A DNA stretch of 64,000 nucleotides from Gammaproteobacteria bacterium (GTDB lineage: Bacteria; Pseudomonadota; Gammaproteobacteria; Eutrophobiales; Eutrophobiaceae): NCBI GenBank assembly GCA_965221695.1, contig OZ244905.1:1184001-1248000 (forward strand), given 5' to 3'. Each line of letters opens with the position of its first letter. The stretch's first letter is position 1. The position numbers and the translations under genes were made by a program. The notes below the pieces were generated by a model. That model made no database searches. It saw nothing but the letters and a program-made list of their open reading frames with translations, and was not told the DNA's origin. This document shows positions 27,472 through 37,013 of the stretch, piece after piece.

Positions 27472-27966
27472 ATGGCCCCTTCTATACATCTTGACGAGGG
27501 GGTCAGCCAGAATCCTGCTCAATCGCCAGGCACTTTGGAAAACGATGAATATCTTATCCGTGAAATGTGCGATCCCAATCATTTTGATGAAAATGGCAAC
27601 GTTACGGAAGCAGCAATAAGCTTGAAACACTTACAGTCAAAAGGAGTCTCGGTTCATAGACGGCAATACACACCGATCGATTATGTTAAAACTGCAGTTC
27701 GAAACAGATGTAAGGATCGCGATGGCTGGATAGAAAGTGTCTCATTATTCACGGTTGAAGCAGTCCGAGCTAAAAAAGATGAGGGAAAGCAAGTATTCTG
27801 TGTTATTGATGCCCCCATAGAAGAAAATCCAGGCCATGCCAATATATATTTCTCTCACTTGGTAATTGACAAAATAACACGACCATACGCACGTAAATTA
27901 AGACACCGTCTTCTCCCACTTTTGCAAAATCGTATGTCTGTAGATGCTGCGTATCATGCAACCTAA
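27472..27966 (+). CDS. Hypothetical protein, putative ADP-ribosyltransferase-fold toxin
   Basis: SPG....DEYLIR...P.H, GVSV.R, V..IDAP...NPGHANI; ORF is clear, fold is inferred. Confidence 0.6.
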   Translation: MAPSIHLDEGVSQNPAQSPGTLENDEYLIREMCDPNHFDENGNVTEAAISLKHLQSKGVSVHRRQYTPIDYVKTAVRNRCKDRDGWIESVSLFTVEAVRAKKDEGKQVFCVIDAPIEENPGHANIYFSHLVIDKITRPYARKLRHRLLPLLQNRMSVDAAYHAT

Positions 27967-28002
27967 ATTCTCGCATTGGCTGGCTGATACCTTAGCTTTA
28001 TA

Positions 28003-28446
28003 CTACGATGAATAACCCGTGGTGTTACGTTCTACCCAGCGTTCTCCGTCGTTGATCGTTTCTTTTTTCCAGAACGGGGCCTTGTGTTTGAGGTCTTCGA
28101 TGATGAAGCGGGTCGCGTCGATGGCGTCGCCCCTGTGAGCGGCCCAGGTTGCGACCAGCACTATGTCTTCGCCTACCTCGATGTTCCCGGTGCGGTGCAG
28201 AACAAGAATATCGTGTACGGCCCACTGTCTGCTTGCCTGTTCGCAGATTTCTTCCAGGTGCTTCTCGGTCATGACCGGATAATGCTCCAGGGTCATTGCG
28301 CCGACTTGCTCGCCTTCGTTGAAGTCCCGCATGGAGCCGATGAAGATACTGGTTGCGCCGGATTTGCCGGGATTGCCGCGGGCAGCGCGGTGTTCTCCTG
28401 CTTCAGCCACGGCATCGAATGGCGCCGGCCTTAATTCCACTCGCAT
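28003..28446 (-). CDS. moaE: Molybdopterin synthase catalytic subunit
   Basis: F.G.MRDFN, LEHYP.MT, HRTG, AAHRG.A, LKHKAPFWKKE. Confidence 0.95.
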   Translation of the reverse strand: MRVELRPAPFDAVAEAGEHRAARGNPGKSGATSIFIGSMRDFNEGEQVGAMTLEHYPVMTEKHLEEICEQASRQWAVHDILVLHRTGNIEVGEDIVLVATWAAHRGDAIDATRFIIEDLKHKAPFWKKETINDGERWVERNTTGYSS

Positions 28447-28452
28447 GGCGGC

Positions 28453-28686
28453 CTAGCCTCCGGTAACGGGCGGGAAGAACGCAACTTCATCGCCTTCTTT
28501 CAGTTCAGAATCGCCTTTTACGTGCTCCATGTTGACTGCGACCAGCATCGCTTCGGGCATTGCATCAGCGCCGCTGGCCCAGCTCCATACATCAGAGACC
28601 TTGAGGCCGGGCCTGAAGTCCATCTGGTCCTCGGCGCGTCCCATTTCCTCGCGGATGCGGGCAAAATATTTGACTTTAACAGACAT
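28453..28686 (-). CDS. moaD: Molybdopterin synthase sulfur carrier
   Basis: VKYFA..RE, AVN, DEVAFFPPVTGG. Confidence 0.95.
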   Translation of the reverse strand: MSVKVKYFARIREEMGRAEDQMDFRPGLKVSDVWSWASGADAMPEAMLVAVNMEHVKGDSELKEGDEVAFFPPVTGG

Positions 28687-28739
28687 TTGACTCAGCGTTA
28701 TGTATCTACCTGGCGGTGTTTAACGTATTATAGACTTTT

Positions 28740-29213
28740 ATGGCAAAACTGACACATTTCAATGAAACCGGAGAGGCGCACATGGTTGATGTCGGCGCCA
28801 AGGATGCGACGCGCCGTATTGCCGTGGCTGAGGGCACCATCAGGATGCTGGACGGCACACTGGCCTTGATCATGGATGGCGCGCACAAAAAGGGGGATGT
28901 GCTCGGGATCGCCAGGGTCGCCGGCATTATGGCGGCAAAGAAAACCGCGGAACTCATCCCGTTGTGCCATCCACTGGCCATCAGCCATATCGACATCAGC
29001 CTGGAACCGCGTAAGGATGACAGCGCGGTGTACTGCCGGGCGCGGGTCGAGACCATCGGCCCGACCGGTGTTGAGATGGAGGCGTTGAACGCGGTGCAGG
29101 TGACTTTGCTCACGATCTACGACATGTGCAAGGCCGCCGACCGGGGTATGAGCATCGAGACGGTCAGACTCCTGGAGAAATCAGGCGGTAACTCCGGGGA
29201 CTGGAAAAGGTAG
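28740..29213 (+). CDS. moaC: Cyclic pyranopterin monophosphate synthase
   Basis: LTHF...[36 protein letters not shown]. Confidence 0.96.
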   Translation: MAKLTHFNETGEAHMVDVGAKDATRRIAVAEGTIRMLDGTLALIMDGAHKKGDVLGIARVAGIMAAKKTAELIPLCHPLAISHIDISLEPRKDDSAVYCRARVETIGPTGVEMEALNAVQVTLLTIYDMCKAADRGMSIETVRLLEKSGGNSGDWKR

Positions 29214-29225
29214 TACTCTTTCAAC

Positions 29226-29317
29226 TTTTGATATGTTCAGAACTACACAGCGGCGCTATGAAAAGGCGCTGCGAACCTTGCGATCAAACGCTTCGCGACC
29301 CGCTGAACATGTCAAAA
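29226..29317. mobile_element. 92-bp element with 15-bp terminal inverted repeats (possible IS remnant or MITE)
   Basis: TTTTGATATGTTCAG ... CTGAACATGTCAAAA (14/15 complementary); single copy in the window. Confidence 0.45.
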
Positions 29318-29326
29318 TTAAGTTAA

Positions 29327-29477
29327 GGAAACTCTGAACAAGTCCATCCTGGACTTGTCAGAGTACGGAAAACAAAAATGCGATTTTTGTTTTCCTCACA
29401 ATATCAATGCCTTACAGTCATTGATATTGACGATACATCCTTGTATCGTAGGAACCTCTGACTTAATCAGAGGTTCC
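29327..29477 (+). mobile_element. 151-bp IS5-type MITE made of five hairpins
   Basis: Ends GGAAACTCTGA...TCAGAGGTTCC, flanks TTAA/TTAG; identical to the reverse complement of 62998-63148. Confidence 0.9.
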
Positions 29478-29506
29478 TTAGAAATGTACCGGGTAAACCT
29501 GGCCGC

Positions 29507-31681
29507 TTAAATTCGTGTCGTCAAGCGGCGGTAGATGTCAGATACTTTATAAGGCAGTTTGCGCACATCATCGATCACGGTATAGTTGGGGCTGCCATAC
29601 ATGTAGGGCAGGTACTCCCTTGCCTCGTTGTCGATGGTGATGCAAAAAGGATAGACGCCACCGGCGCGGACTTCTGCGATGGCCTGGCGGGTGTCTTCCA
29701 TGCCGTAGCGCCCCCGGTAATCGCCGTAATCCTCGGGTTTGCCGTCTGACAGCGTAATCAGCAACCTGGACCTGGCCTTTACCGCCTGCAAGTGTTTGCC
29801 CAGGTGACGTATTGCCACGCCCATGCGTGTGTAGGTCCTGGGTTTGATGCCGCTGATCCGGGCGCGCACCAGCGCCGTGCAAGCCTCTTCAAACCGCTTG
29901 ATCCTGTAGATTTCACAACGCTTGTGTGTCCTGCCGGAAAACCCGTAGATGGCATACGGATCGGACAACAGCTCCAAGGCTTCACACAGTAGCGCCAGCG
30001 TCTCTCTTTCCACATGGTTGACCCAGCCGCGGGTGGAGCCGCTCATGTCCACCATGAACATCACCGCCACATCACGCCGGCTCATGTGGAAACAACTGTA
30101 CAGTTTCTCGCTCATCTCCAGGCCCTGCTGATGGTCAACACAGGCTTCCACCAGGGCGTCGAAATCGATCTCATCGCCAAAGCTCTGGCGCTTGCGCATC
30201 TCATACGCCTCGGCCATTGCCTCGAACGAACGGCGTACCGATCCCAGGTGAACACGGTATTTTTCCACTGTTTTGGCGAAAAAATCATCATAGACGGGTG
30301 TGACATCGATTTCCGTCAGCGCGCAGAAATGGTTGCGGTAGCGCTGCCTGGTGTAATCCCATTCCGGGTAATACAGCGGATTTTGCAGGTCGTAACCTGC
30401 CGCGGTATCGGTCTGGCTGACCTCACCCGAACCGGTTTCCGCATCCGGGTAACCGGAATAACCACCACTGACCTCCAGGTAGTCATCGGGCACATGACCC
30501 ATATCCTGAATGATCGACACCAGCAACTGTTTTACCTCATCATCGGCATCAACCTCCTGTTTCCCGAAAATCAGCGACAGCGCACCGATCCCCTGGTGTG
30601 CGCCGGTAAAGACAGCGTCAGGGTCGGCCCCGGTTACCGTCCAGGACGTATTGTCCAACGCGATGGTATCGGTACTTGCCGGGTTCGGCTGTTCCTGGCG
30701 CAGACGCGCCAGCGACTGTTGCAATTTGTGCTTCTGCTGCCGCACCCGTTCCCGCAGTATTTTCTCGACTGTTTCCGGAAAGTAGTCACCATGATAGGCC
30801 TTGCGTGCCGGAACCGGTCTCTCCAGGTTAGCGCTTATCCTGTCCATGCTGTCCATGGCTTTTGCGCCGGCCTGCAGCAGCAGGCGGTTGTCTTGATTCC
30901 AGCCCAGGTAACGCGCCCTGCTGTCTTCATCCTGGTTATCAAGCCGTTGCATCTCCCGGTACAAGCCCGGAAAATCCAGGGCCAGGCGCGCCTCCAGGCG
31001 CAGGCTCTCCAGAGTTGCGAAAACAGGCAGGGCAGCAGGCAGGTCGGGTAACTGCAACAGGCGTTCAAGCACATCCTGACGCCAGCTTCCGTAATAATTC
31101 TGTGCCCAGTGATAAACGGCGATCAGCTTGTACAGGGTTTCATTGTCACTGCGCGTGTCGAAGACATGCAAAAAAGTGGGCAGGTAAATCGACTCCGTGT
31201 CGGTAAATACGCGTTCTCCGCCAGTGATGCGCAGCGCACGGCCGCCGAGGCCGGTTAAATAGGACTCCAGAAAGGGTTCAAGTTCCTCCAGGCCCACGCC
31301 GGATCGCCGGGCGCGGTATTCTTCAACAAACGCATCCAGGTTTGTAATCACCTCAATCGCAGCGCCCAGGCCACGTTTGTCATAACCGTCCAGGATGGCC
31401 GTCATCCAGGCGTCAACGCCCTCTATTTCCAGCAGGGTTAACGCCCGGTCAAGCCGGCCAGAAAAATGCGCCTGCAGGTCGGGATGATCCCGCTGCAGAA
31501 CCTGTAACCAATGATCGACGCGCCGGCGCGCCACGGGGTCCAGCGCCGGCAGCGACTGGGCAAGGTCTTCCCCGCCAACTGTCGGAGACAAACCGCCTCC
31601 GACCGCGCGCCGCAAATGCGCGGGGATATGTACTCTGCCGGCGGCCTGTTCCGCCGCAGGGGGTGGAGCCGAACCGTCCAT
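29507..31681 (-). CDS. VWA-domain protein, NorD/CbbO family
   Basis: TDTESIYLP, YPEWDY, MIDAS DMSGS, YTRMG.AIRH, LSDGKPED. Confidence 0.9.
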   Translation of the reverse strand: MDGSAPPPAAEQAAGRVHIPAHLRRAVGGGLSPTVGGEDLAQSLPALDPVARRRVDHWLQVLQRDHPDLQAHFSGRLDRALTLLEIEGVDAWMTAILDGYDKRGLGAAIEVITNLDAFVEEYRARRSGVGLEELEPFLESYLTGLGGRALRITGGERVFTDTESIYLPTFLHVFDTRSDNETLYKLIAVYHWAQNYYGSWRQDVLERLLQLPDLPAALPVFATLESLRLEARLALDFPGLYREMQRLDNQDEDSRARYLGWNQDNRLLLQAGAKAMDSMDRISANLERPVPARKAYHGDYFPETVEKILRERVRQQKHKLQQSLARLRQEQPNPASTDTIALDNTSWTVTGADPDAVFTGAHQGIGALSLIFGKQEVDADDEVKQLLVSIIQDMGHVPDDYLEVSGGYSGYPDAETGSGEVSQTDTAAGYDLQNPLYYPEWDYTRQRYRNHFCALTEIDVTPVYDDFFAKTVEKYRVHLGSVRRSFEAMAEAYEMRKRQSFGDEIDFDALVEACVDHQQGLEMSEKLYSCFHMSRRDVAVMFMVDMSGSTRGWVNHVERETLALLCEALELLSDPYAIYGFSGRTHKRCEIYRIKRFEEACTALVRARISGIKPRTYTRMGVAIRHLGKHLQAVKARSRLLITLSDGKPEDYGDYRGRYGMEDTRQAIAEVRAGGVYPFCITIDNEAREYLPYMYGSPNYTVIDDVRKLPYKVSDIYRRLTTRI

Positions 31682-31712
31682 TAACGGTAATCGATACGGC
31701 CAGGGCGGAGGT

Positions 31713-32525
31713 TTACAACACCGACGCGCAAAGTTCCCTGACCGTTTTCAGCATTTCTTCATCATCGGTGAGCGCCTGGTTCACCGCTGTCTCACAGGCC
31801 TGCCGGGGGACAATGCCATGCCGGATCAACTTGGCTGCATTCACGATCAACCGGGTACTCGCGCCTTCTATCAGCCCGCTGTTTTTAAGGTTCCGGGTCA
31901 TATCGGCAAACCTGACCAGCATTGTGGCTGTTGCCGCGTCGACGCCTGTTTCTTTCACCAGGATCTCCGTTTCCCGGTCGGGCTGGGGGTAAGAAAAATC
32001 CAGTGCGACAAAGCGTTGCCGCGTGCTCTGTTTCAAGTCCTTGAGCGCGCTCTGGTAGCCGGGGTTATAGGAAACCGTTAAACAGAACTCCGGCGGCGCT
32101 TCCAGCAATTCGCCCAGTTTTTCTATCGACAGCAGCCGCCGATCATCACATAAGGAATGGATTACCACGGTTGTATCCTTCCTGGCCTCGACGATTTCAT
32201 CCAGATAGCAGATGGCGCCGCTACGCACCGCGCGCGTTAACGGGCCATCAACCCAGACAGTCTCGCCGCCCTTGATCAGGTAGCGCCCGACCAGGTCGGA
32301 AGAAGATAGATCATCATGGCAGGACACCGTGATCACCGGCCGGTCCAGACGCCAGCTCATATATTCCATGAACCGTGTTTTTCCACAGCCGGTGGGCCCC
32401 TTCAGCAATACAGGCAGCCCGTTGGCAACGGCTGCCGCAAATATATCTATCTCGTTGCCGGCAGGCTCATAATACGGTTCTTGCCGGATCGCATATTCTT
32501 CAAACCTGATGGTGTTGGCGCTCAT
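31713..32525 (-). CDS. AAA+ ATPase, CbbQ/NirQ/NorQ family
   Basis: LKGPTGCGKTRF, YLDEIVEARKDT, SYNPGYQ..LKDLKQSTRQRF, EGASTRL. Confidence 0.93.
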   Translation of the reverse strand: MSANTIRFEEYAIRQEPYYEPAGNEIDIFAAAVANGLPVLLKGPTGCGKTRFMEYMSWRLDRPVITVSCHDDLSSSDLVGRYLIKGGETVWVDGPLTRAVRSGAICYLDEIVEARKDTTVVIHSLCDDRRLLSIEKLGELLEAPPEFCLTVSYNPGYQSALKDLKQSTRQRFVALDFSYPQPDRETEILVKETGVDAATATMLVRFADMTRNLKNSGLIEGASTRLIVNAAKLIRHGIVPRQACETAVNQALTDDEEMLKTVRELCASVL

Positions 32526-32527
32526 CG

Positions 32528-32917
32528 TCAGTCATACTTGATGTACTTGAAGCGCTGGTCGTCCGGTGTGCCGTCCAGGGCGCTGTCTTCGTCCACGCCC
32601 GGTTGCCACATGATCACGTCTTCGATCTTTTTTGCCAGCTCGAAATCCTTGTCGGTCACCCCTTTGGCCGCATGGTTCATCAGTTTGACGATGACGAAGG
32701 CATAGCTTGCAGTCAGGTCAGGATGGTGCCAGCCCGCTTCAGCCAGGTGACCGACCGTATTGATCACCATCAGCGTGCCTTTCCAGCCGCTGGTCTTGTA
32801 CTTGCGGCGGATCCAGCCGTCTTCGTAATACCAGTTTGGCAGTTCTTCCTTGAGCCGCTGTTCTATCTCGGCCACCTCGTAGGTGGCATCTTTCGTTTCT
32901 TTACGCCACTTTGCCAT
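32528..32917 (-). CDS. Pterin-4a-carbinolamine dehydratase family protein (methylotroph type)
   Basis: GHLAEAGWHHPDL, HAAKGVTDKDFELA; ATG 32917 after a GAGG RBS. Confidence 0.88.
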   Translation of the reverse strand: MAKWRKETKDATYEVAEIEQRLKEELPNWYYEDGWIRRKYKTSGWKGTLMVINTVGHLAEAGWHHPDLTASYAFVIVKLMNHAAKGVTDKDFELAKKIEDVIMWQPGVDEDSALDGTPDDQRFKYIKYD

Positions 32918-32944
32918 GGTAATACCTCTGTTTTTGCCCATTGT

Positions 32945-33649
32945 TCACGCGGATATTGTAGCAAATCGTTGCTTGCCGGGAATCAGCTTCCTGATGGCGG
33001 CGACTTGCGCGCCGTCCAGCTCTGAAGTGCGCCGGTTCTGTTTGCACAACGCGCCACGAAATCCCAGGTAGTTCGGGCCGATGCGCAGCAACGGCGGGAT
33101 GTCCGCGCGAGTAAGCGAGCCCGCCAGGCCGTTGATCAGCCCTGCGCGCCCGGCCTCTCGCACGAACCCGGCCAGGGCGCCGTCGTCAAGCTTGTCCCGC
33201 AGGTTGCCGTTTGCCTTCTCGCAGGTATCCAGCATCACTCCCATGATGCCGATGCGCCGGAGCCGGCGGAAGTCGACCGCAGGCGGATACAGCTCGGCAA
33301 AAAATACCAGGACAATACGGATGCCCCCGGACGTAAGCCGGTCCAGGACGGAGAGCATGAATGGCGACAGGGTTTTGTCAAAAACACCGACCTTAACGAT
33401 ATCGACGCCGCAGTCGTGCATCGCGATCACCGCGCTCTCAAGTTCGGCGGCGTAGGCCGGGAGATCGCCCACCGTGGCGCTGAGCGTGGCGCCCTCATCC
33501 ATCGATGCGACTATGGCGCGCACGCTGGCCTGGTCCAGCGCGCCCAGCGCGCCGCTGGCCGGATCTTTCAAATCAATCACATCCGCGCCTTGCGCGCAGA
33601 CCAGTCGCGCCTCATCCACGGATGAAACGCTGGCAAGGAATCCTGTCAT
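32945..33649 (-). CDS. mfnB: (5-formylfuran-3-yl)methyl phosphate synthase, MfnB/DUF556 (Orf22-like)
   Basis: LASV....EA, IDLKDP..GALGA, SATVGD, VKVG, MLDT.EK, GLAGSL, GFRGALC. Confidence 0.88.
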   Translation of the reverse strand: MTGFLASVSSVDEARLVCAQGADVIDLKDPASGALGALDQASVRAIVASMDEGATLSATVGDLPAYAAELESAVIAMHDCGVDIVKVGVFDKTLSPFMLSVLDRLTSGGIRIVLVFFAELYPPAVDFRRLRRIGIMGVMLDTCEKANGNLRDKLDDGALAGFVREAGRAGLINGLAGSLTRADIPPLLRIGPNYLGFRGALCKQNRRTSELDGAQVAAIRKLIPGKQRFATISA

Positions 33650-33652
33650 GAT

Positions 33653-34231
33653 TTATCTCTTATCAGCATTGCTGGAATTATCCGCATAATATTGTTCAAC
33701 CTTATCCGTCAGCCATTGCCACGCAGTACGCTCATTCTCTCCCGCGGTCTTGCCGACGGCAATGCCCAGGTATTCCAGTTCAGAGCGGATCTTGTGTTCC
33801 GGCAACAGGTGCAAGCGGCTTACCAGGATTGCCGCTTCAATCACTGCGGCCTGGGCGCGGTTGAAACCCCGGAACGGCCCATGGGTCGCTGCATGCGTCT
33901 GCCGGCAGGTAAATACCGGACGCAATTCGTCATCCTTGCGGCTCTCAACCCGGACTTCCACATGCGCCAGCGCAGCGGACAGGCGTTTGCAGGCGATATG
34001 GGTCGCATCCACCACCGGCCAGTCATTGCGCCCGGTCAGGCAACCGGCAAAGATCAATACATCGTCGGTGGTGTTAATCACCGCCACGCCGGAGTGTAGC
34101 AGATTATCCAGGGTGCGGGACGGTTTGAATGGCGCAATCAGGTATTTTCCGTCTTCATCGCGAATACCCATCGGCGCAATGTGCACGCTGCCGTCTGGGT
34201 TCATCGTGGTAATCACCGTTTCGTAGATCAT
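33653..34231 (-). CDS. DUF447 family protein (H4MPT-linked Orf19-like)
   Basis: IYETVITT....G..HIAPMG, PF.PS.TL.N, GFNRAQAAVIEAAILVSRL. Confidence 0.85.
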   Translation of the reverse strand: MIYETVITTMNPDGSVHIAPMGIRDEDGKYLIAPFKPSRTLDNLLHSGVAVINTTDDVLIFAGCLTGRNDWPVVDATHIACKRLSAALAHVEVRVESRKDDELRPVFTCRQTHAATHGPFRGFNRAQAAVIEAAILVSRLHLLPEHKIRSELEYLGIAVGKTAGENERTAWQWLTDKVEQYYADNSSNADKR

Positions 34232-34237
34232 CGCTGC

Positions 34238-35686
34238 TCAGAACTTGCGCCGTTTTGCCTTTAAGGTTGAACCGGCAGGTTTGTATTCCTGCGCGGCCCG
34301 GCTTTTCATGTCATGTGCGGAACGCCGGCGTTGTTCCTGTTCCTCGGCCTGTTCGGGGACGACCGCGACGCCCCAGTTCAGGTCTTCGTCCTGCAGGTAA
34401 CGCTTGCCCAGTTTCAGTGCGGCTTCCGCCTTTGCCAGCTCGGCGCCCATATAGAAGGCATGCGGGGCATCTTCCTGCAACAACGTCAGCGCCGGGAACA
34501 GCTCATAAGGGTCTTGTCCGGTAACCAGGCCATCCCGATTGAATACGTGAATGCCCTCCGGCGTGACTTCCACCCGGTAGCTGGGATCAGTGATCTGGTC
34601 GGCCAGTTCCCTGATCTCATCCAGGTCATACGGGAACGGCTTGCGCTCATGGCCGGTCAGCAAGCCGCGGTGGATGCCTTTCGGCAGCCCTTCATCCTGT
34701 TTCGCCGCATGCATGATGCGCCGCGCCAGGTCCAGTTCGCGCACCACTGAGCAGGCATGCGGGCTGACTTCGGTCGCCAGCACATGGTTGATGTCCAGTT
34801 CCGATATGATACCGCACAGCATGGCATTGATGCCGCTGGTATCGGCTTCGGTCAACTCGGTGAGGTTACCGGTACCCATCATGATCTCAATGCCGGGATA
34901 GCGTTCCCGCAACGCGTGGTAACGCAGTATGGAAGCGGTGAAACCGAAGTGGATCGGGTCCAGGATACTGTCCGCAATGAACGGTTTGTCCTGCGCGATG
35001 AACTTGTCAATGAGCCGGCATAGCGAGGACATGTCGGTGTGCTGTTGCGGGATCAGGACCGGAATCGCCGCGGTCTCGTCGGCTATCCAGGCGTTGCCTT
35101 CATGCAGGCTGAGCAGGTAATCGGCGCCCGCGTTTGCGCCGCGCAGCAGTTCTTCGCTGTCCAGGGAGTCGACGCTGACCGTGTATTCTTGTTCATGCAG
35201 GGCGCGCACAACGTCTTCAAGGTGCGGAAACGGCGTATCCGGCAGGCACCCGATATCAATCACGTCGGCCCCGTCCCGTTTGTACCGGGCGGCCCGGGCG
35301 AGGATCTGATCGACATCGATCTGCGGCGCTTCCACTATCTCGGCAAAAATGCCCATATGGTACTGATCGAGGTTGACCGCTTGCGCCGCACGCCCGAAAA
35401 AAACCGGCAAGTCTTTCACATCCACGCTGCCGCGCTGCACCGGCACGCCCAGGGTCTTGCCCAGCGCGTCCAGGTCGCCCTGACACAGGCCCGGCACTAC
35501 GATGCGGTCGACTCCATCCAGGTCCTGCAGCCGGCGGCCGATCATCTGCGCAGTCATCAGCGCGGCGACGCTGACGCCTATGTTGCGTATCTCGTAGTCA
35601 AACTCCAGCGGTTGCATGCCGTCCAGTACGCGTTGCAGGCGTTTTTCCGCAAGTTTGCCGGTGAGAAAGAGAATATGTTCGGTCAT
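34238..35686 (-). CDS. Dihydropteroate synthase-like H4MPT biosynthesis protein (Orf20/DUF6513)
   Basis: ILFLTGKLAE, GADVIDIGCLP, ILDPIHFGF, MGTGNLTELTEAD, HAFYMG.ELAKA, LGKRY.QD. Confidence 0.88.
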   Translation of the reverse strand: MTEHILFLTGKLAEKRLQRVLDGMQPLEFDYEIRNIGVSVAALMTAQMIGRRLQDLDGVDRIVVPGLCQGDLDALGKTLGVPVQRGSVDVKDLPVFFGRAAQAVNLDQYHMGIFAEIVEAPQIDVDQILARAARYKRDGADVIDIGCLPDTPFPHLEDVVRALHEQEYTVSVDSLDSEELLRGANAGADYLLSLHEGNAWIADETAAIPVLIPQQHTDMSSLCRLIDKFIAQDKPFIADSILDPIHFGFTASILRYHALRERYPGIEIMMGTGNLTELTEADTSGINAMLCGIISELDINHVLATEVSPHACSVVRELDLARRIMHAAKQDEGLPKGIHRGLLTGHERKPFPYDLDEIRELADQITDPSYRVEVTPEGIHVFNRDGLVTGQDPYELFPALTLLQEDAPHAFYMGAELAKAEAALKLGKRYLQDEDLNWGVAVVPEQAEEQEQRRRSAHDMKSRAAQEYKPAGSTLKAKRRKF

Positions 35687-35737
35687 GGTTTATCTGATGT
35701 ATGCGCCGATTACGCCTGTTCGCGCAGATAATATAAA

Positions 35738-35805
35738 GGAAACTCGGAACAAGTCCATCCTGGACTTGTCAGAGTACGGAACCTCTGACTTGATTCAGCC
35801 GTTCC
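35738..35805 (+). mobile_element. Internally deleted MITE copy (first and last hairpins only)
   Basis: GGAAACTCGGAACAAGTCCATCCTGGACTTGTCAGAGTAC joined directly to GGAACCTCTGACTT...GTTCC. Confidence 0.8.
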
Positions 35806-35968
35806 TGAACAAAACAGCCGGTAATCGAATCATGATTGGTCCATAAGAACCAAATCCTTATCGGGTGGTTTAATATAACGACTTGTACTGTTATAATTGT
35901 TTTCTTTTTGAAAAGATAACTAATTGTTTTATATGACTTATTTTTTCTTTGGAAAACACTGTACGGTT

Positions 35969-35984
35969 TGGCATGATTTTCGCT
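35969..35984 (+). promoter_or_regulatory. Sigma54-type promoter of pqqCDE
   Basis: TGGCATGATTTTCGCT has GG-N10-GC spacing and follows a very AT-rich tract. Confidence 0.6.
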
Positions 35985-36012
35985 CTCATTTTAGGAGCAG
36001 ATTAACGAAAAG

Positions 36013-36753
36013 ATGAAAATGGGTATGACAGAAACACAGGCTCCCTGGTCCCGGCAAGAGTTCGAGCAGCGTTTGCGCGATAAGGAGAAATACTACCATA
36101 TTCATCATCCGTTCCACGTGTTGATGAATTCGGGACAACTCGACAAGCCGGCGATACAGGGCTGGGTCGCGAACCGGTTTTATTACCAGACCAGCATTCC
36201 TGTGAAGGACGCTGCGATCATGGCCAACTGCCGTGAGCGGGACGTGAGGCGCCAGTGGGTGCAACGCATTATCGACCACGACGGCCAGCAGGGTGAAGAC
36301 GGCGGTATCGAGGCCTGGCTGCAACTGGGCGAGGCCGTGGGCCTTAAGCGGAGCGAATTGGTCTCCGAGGAACGGGTGTTGCCCGGTGTGCGCTTTGCGA
36401 TAGATGCTTACTACAACTTTGCCCGCACGGCCACCTGGCAGGAAGCTGCGTGTTCATCGCTTACGGAACTGTTCGCCCCGAAGATACACCAGAAGCGGCT
36501 GGACAACTGGCCGCAACATTACACCTGGATAGATGCGAAGGGATATAACTACTTCCGCAAGCGGTTGAGCGAAGCAAGACGGGATGTGCAGCACGGCCTT
36601 GACGTCACCCTGGACTATTTCAGGACGCGCGCTGACCAGGAGCGGGCGCTGAACATTCTGCAACTGAAGCTGGACATACTGTGGACGATGCTGGACGCGA
36701 TGTGGATGGCCTATATTGAAAACAAACCGCCGTATCATTGCGTGGAAGCATGA
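36013..36753 (+). CDS. pqqC: Pyrroloquinoline-quinone synthase
   Basis: [52 protein letters not shown]. Confidence 0.96.
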   Translation: MKMGMTETQAPWSRQEFEQRLRDKEKYYHIHHPFHVLMNSGQLDKPAIQGWVANRFYYQTSIPVKDAAIMANCRERDVRRQWVQRIIDHDGQQGEDGGIEAWLQLGEAVGLKRSELVSEERVLPGVRFAIDAYYNFARTATWQEAACSSLTELFAPKIHQKRLDNWPQHYTWIDAKGYNYFRKRLSEARRDVQHGLDVTLDYFRTRADQERALNILQLKLDILWTMLDAMWMAYIENKPPYHCVEA

Positions 36754-37013
36754 GCAATATTCCTGAAATCGCCCCGACCTTCCGTTTCCAATGGGAAGAA
36801 GCCCAGGACTGTTACGTGATCCTGTACCCGGAGGGGATGGTTAAACTCAGCGGCAGCGCCGGTGAGATCATGAAACGCTGCGATGGCGTCAAGAGCACCG
36901 ATGAGATCATCGCCGAGTTGGAAACAGCGTTTCCCGGGGCAGACCTTGAAAACGATGTGCGTACCTTTTTTGACAATGCGAGAAACAATGGCTGGATCAG
37001 ATACAAATCGTAG
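36750..37013 (+). CDS. pqqD: PqqA-binding peptide chaperone
   Basis: [22 protein letters not shown]; ATGA overlap with pqqC. Confidence 0.95.
   Translation: MSNIPEIAPTFRFQWEEAQDCYVILYPEGMVKLSGSAGEIMKRCDGVKSTDEIIAELETAFPGADLENDVRTFFDNARNNGWIRYKS

Noticed and set aside
25698-27990. Integron cassette array explanation for the AT-rich genes
   Set aside because: No attC-like RYYYAAC...GTTRRRY sites or integron integrase seen
29507-32525. Calling the pair RuBisCO activase cbbQO or norQD
   Set aside because: No cbbL/cbbM or norCB in the window; family is clear but the specific function is not
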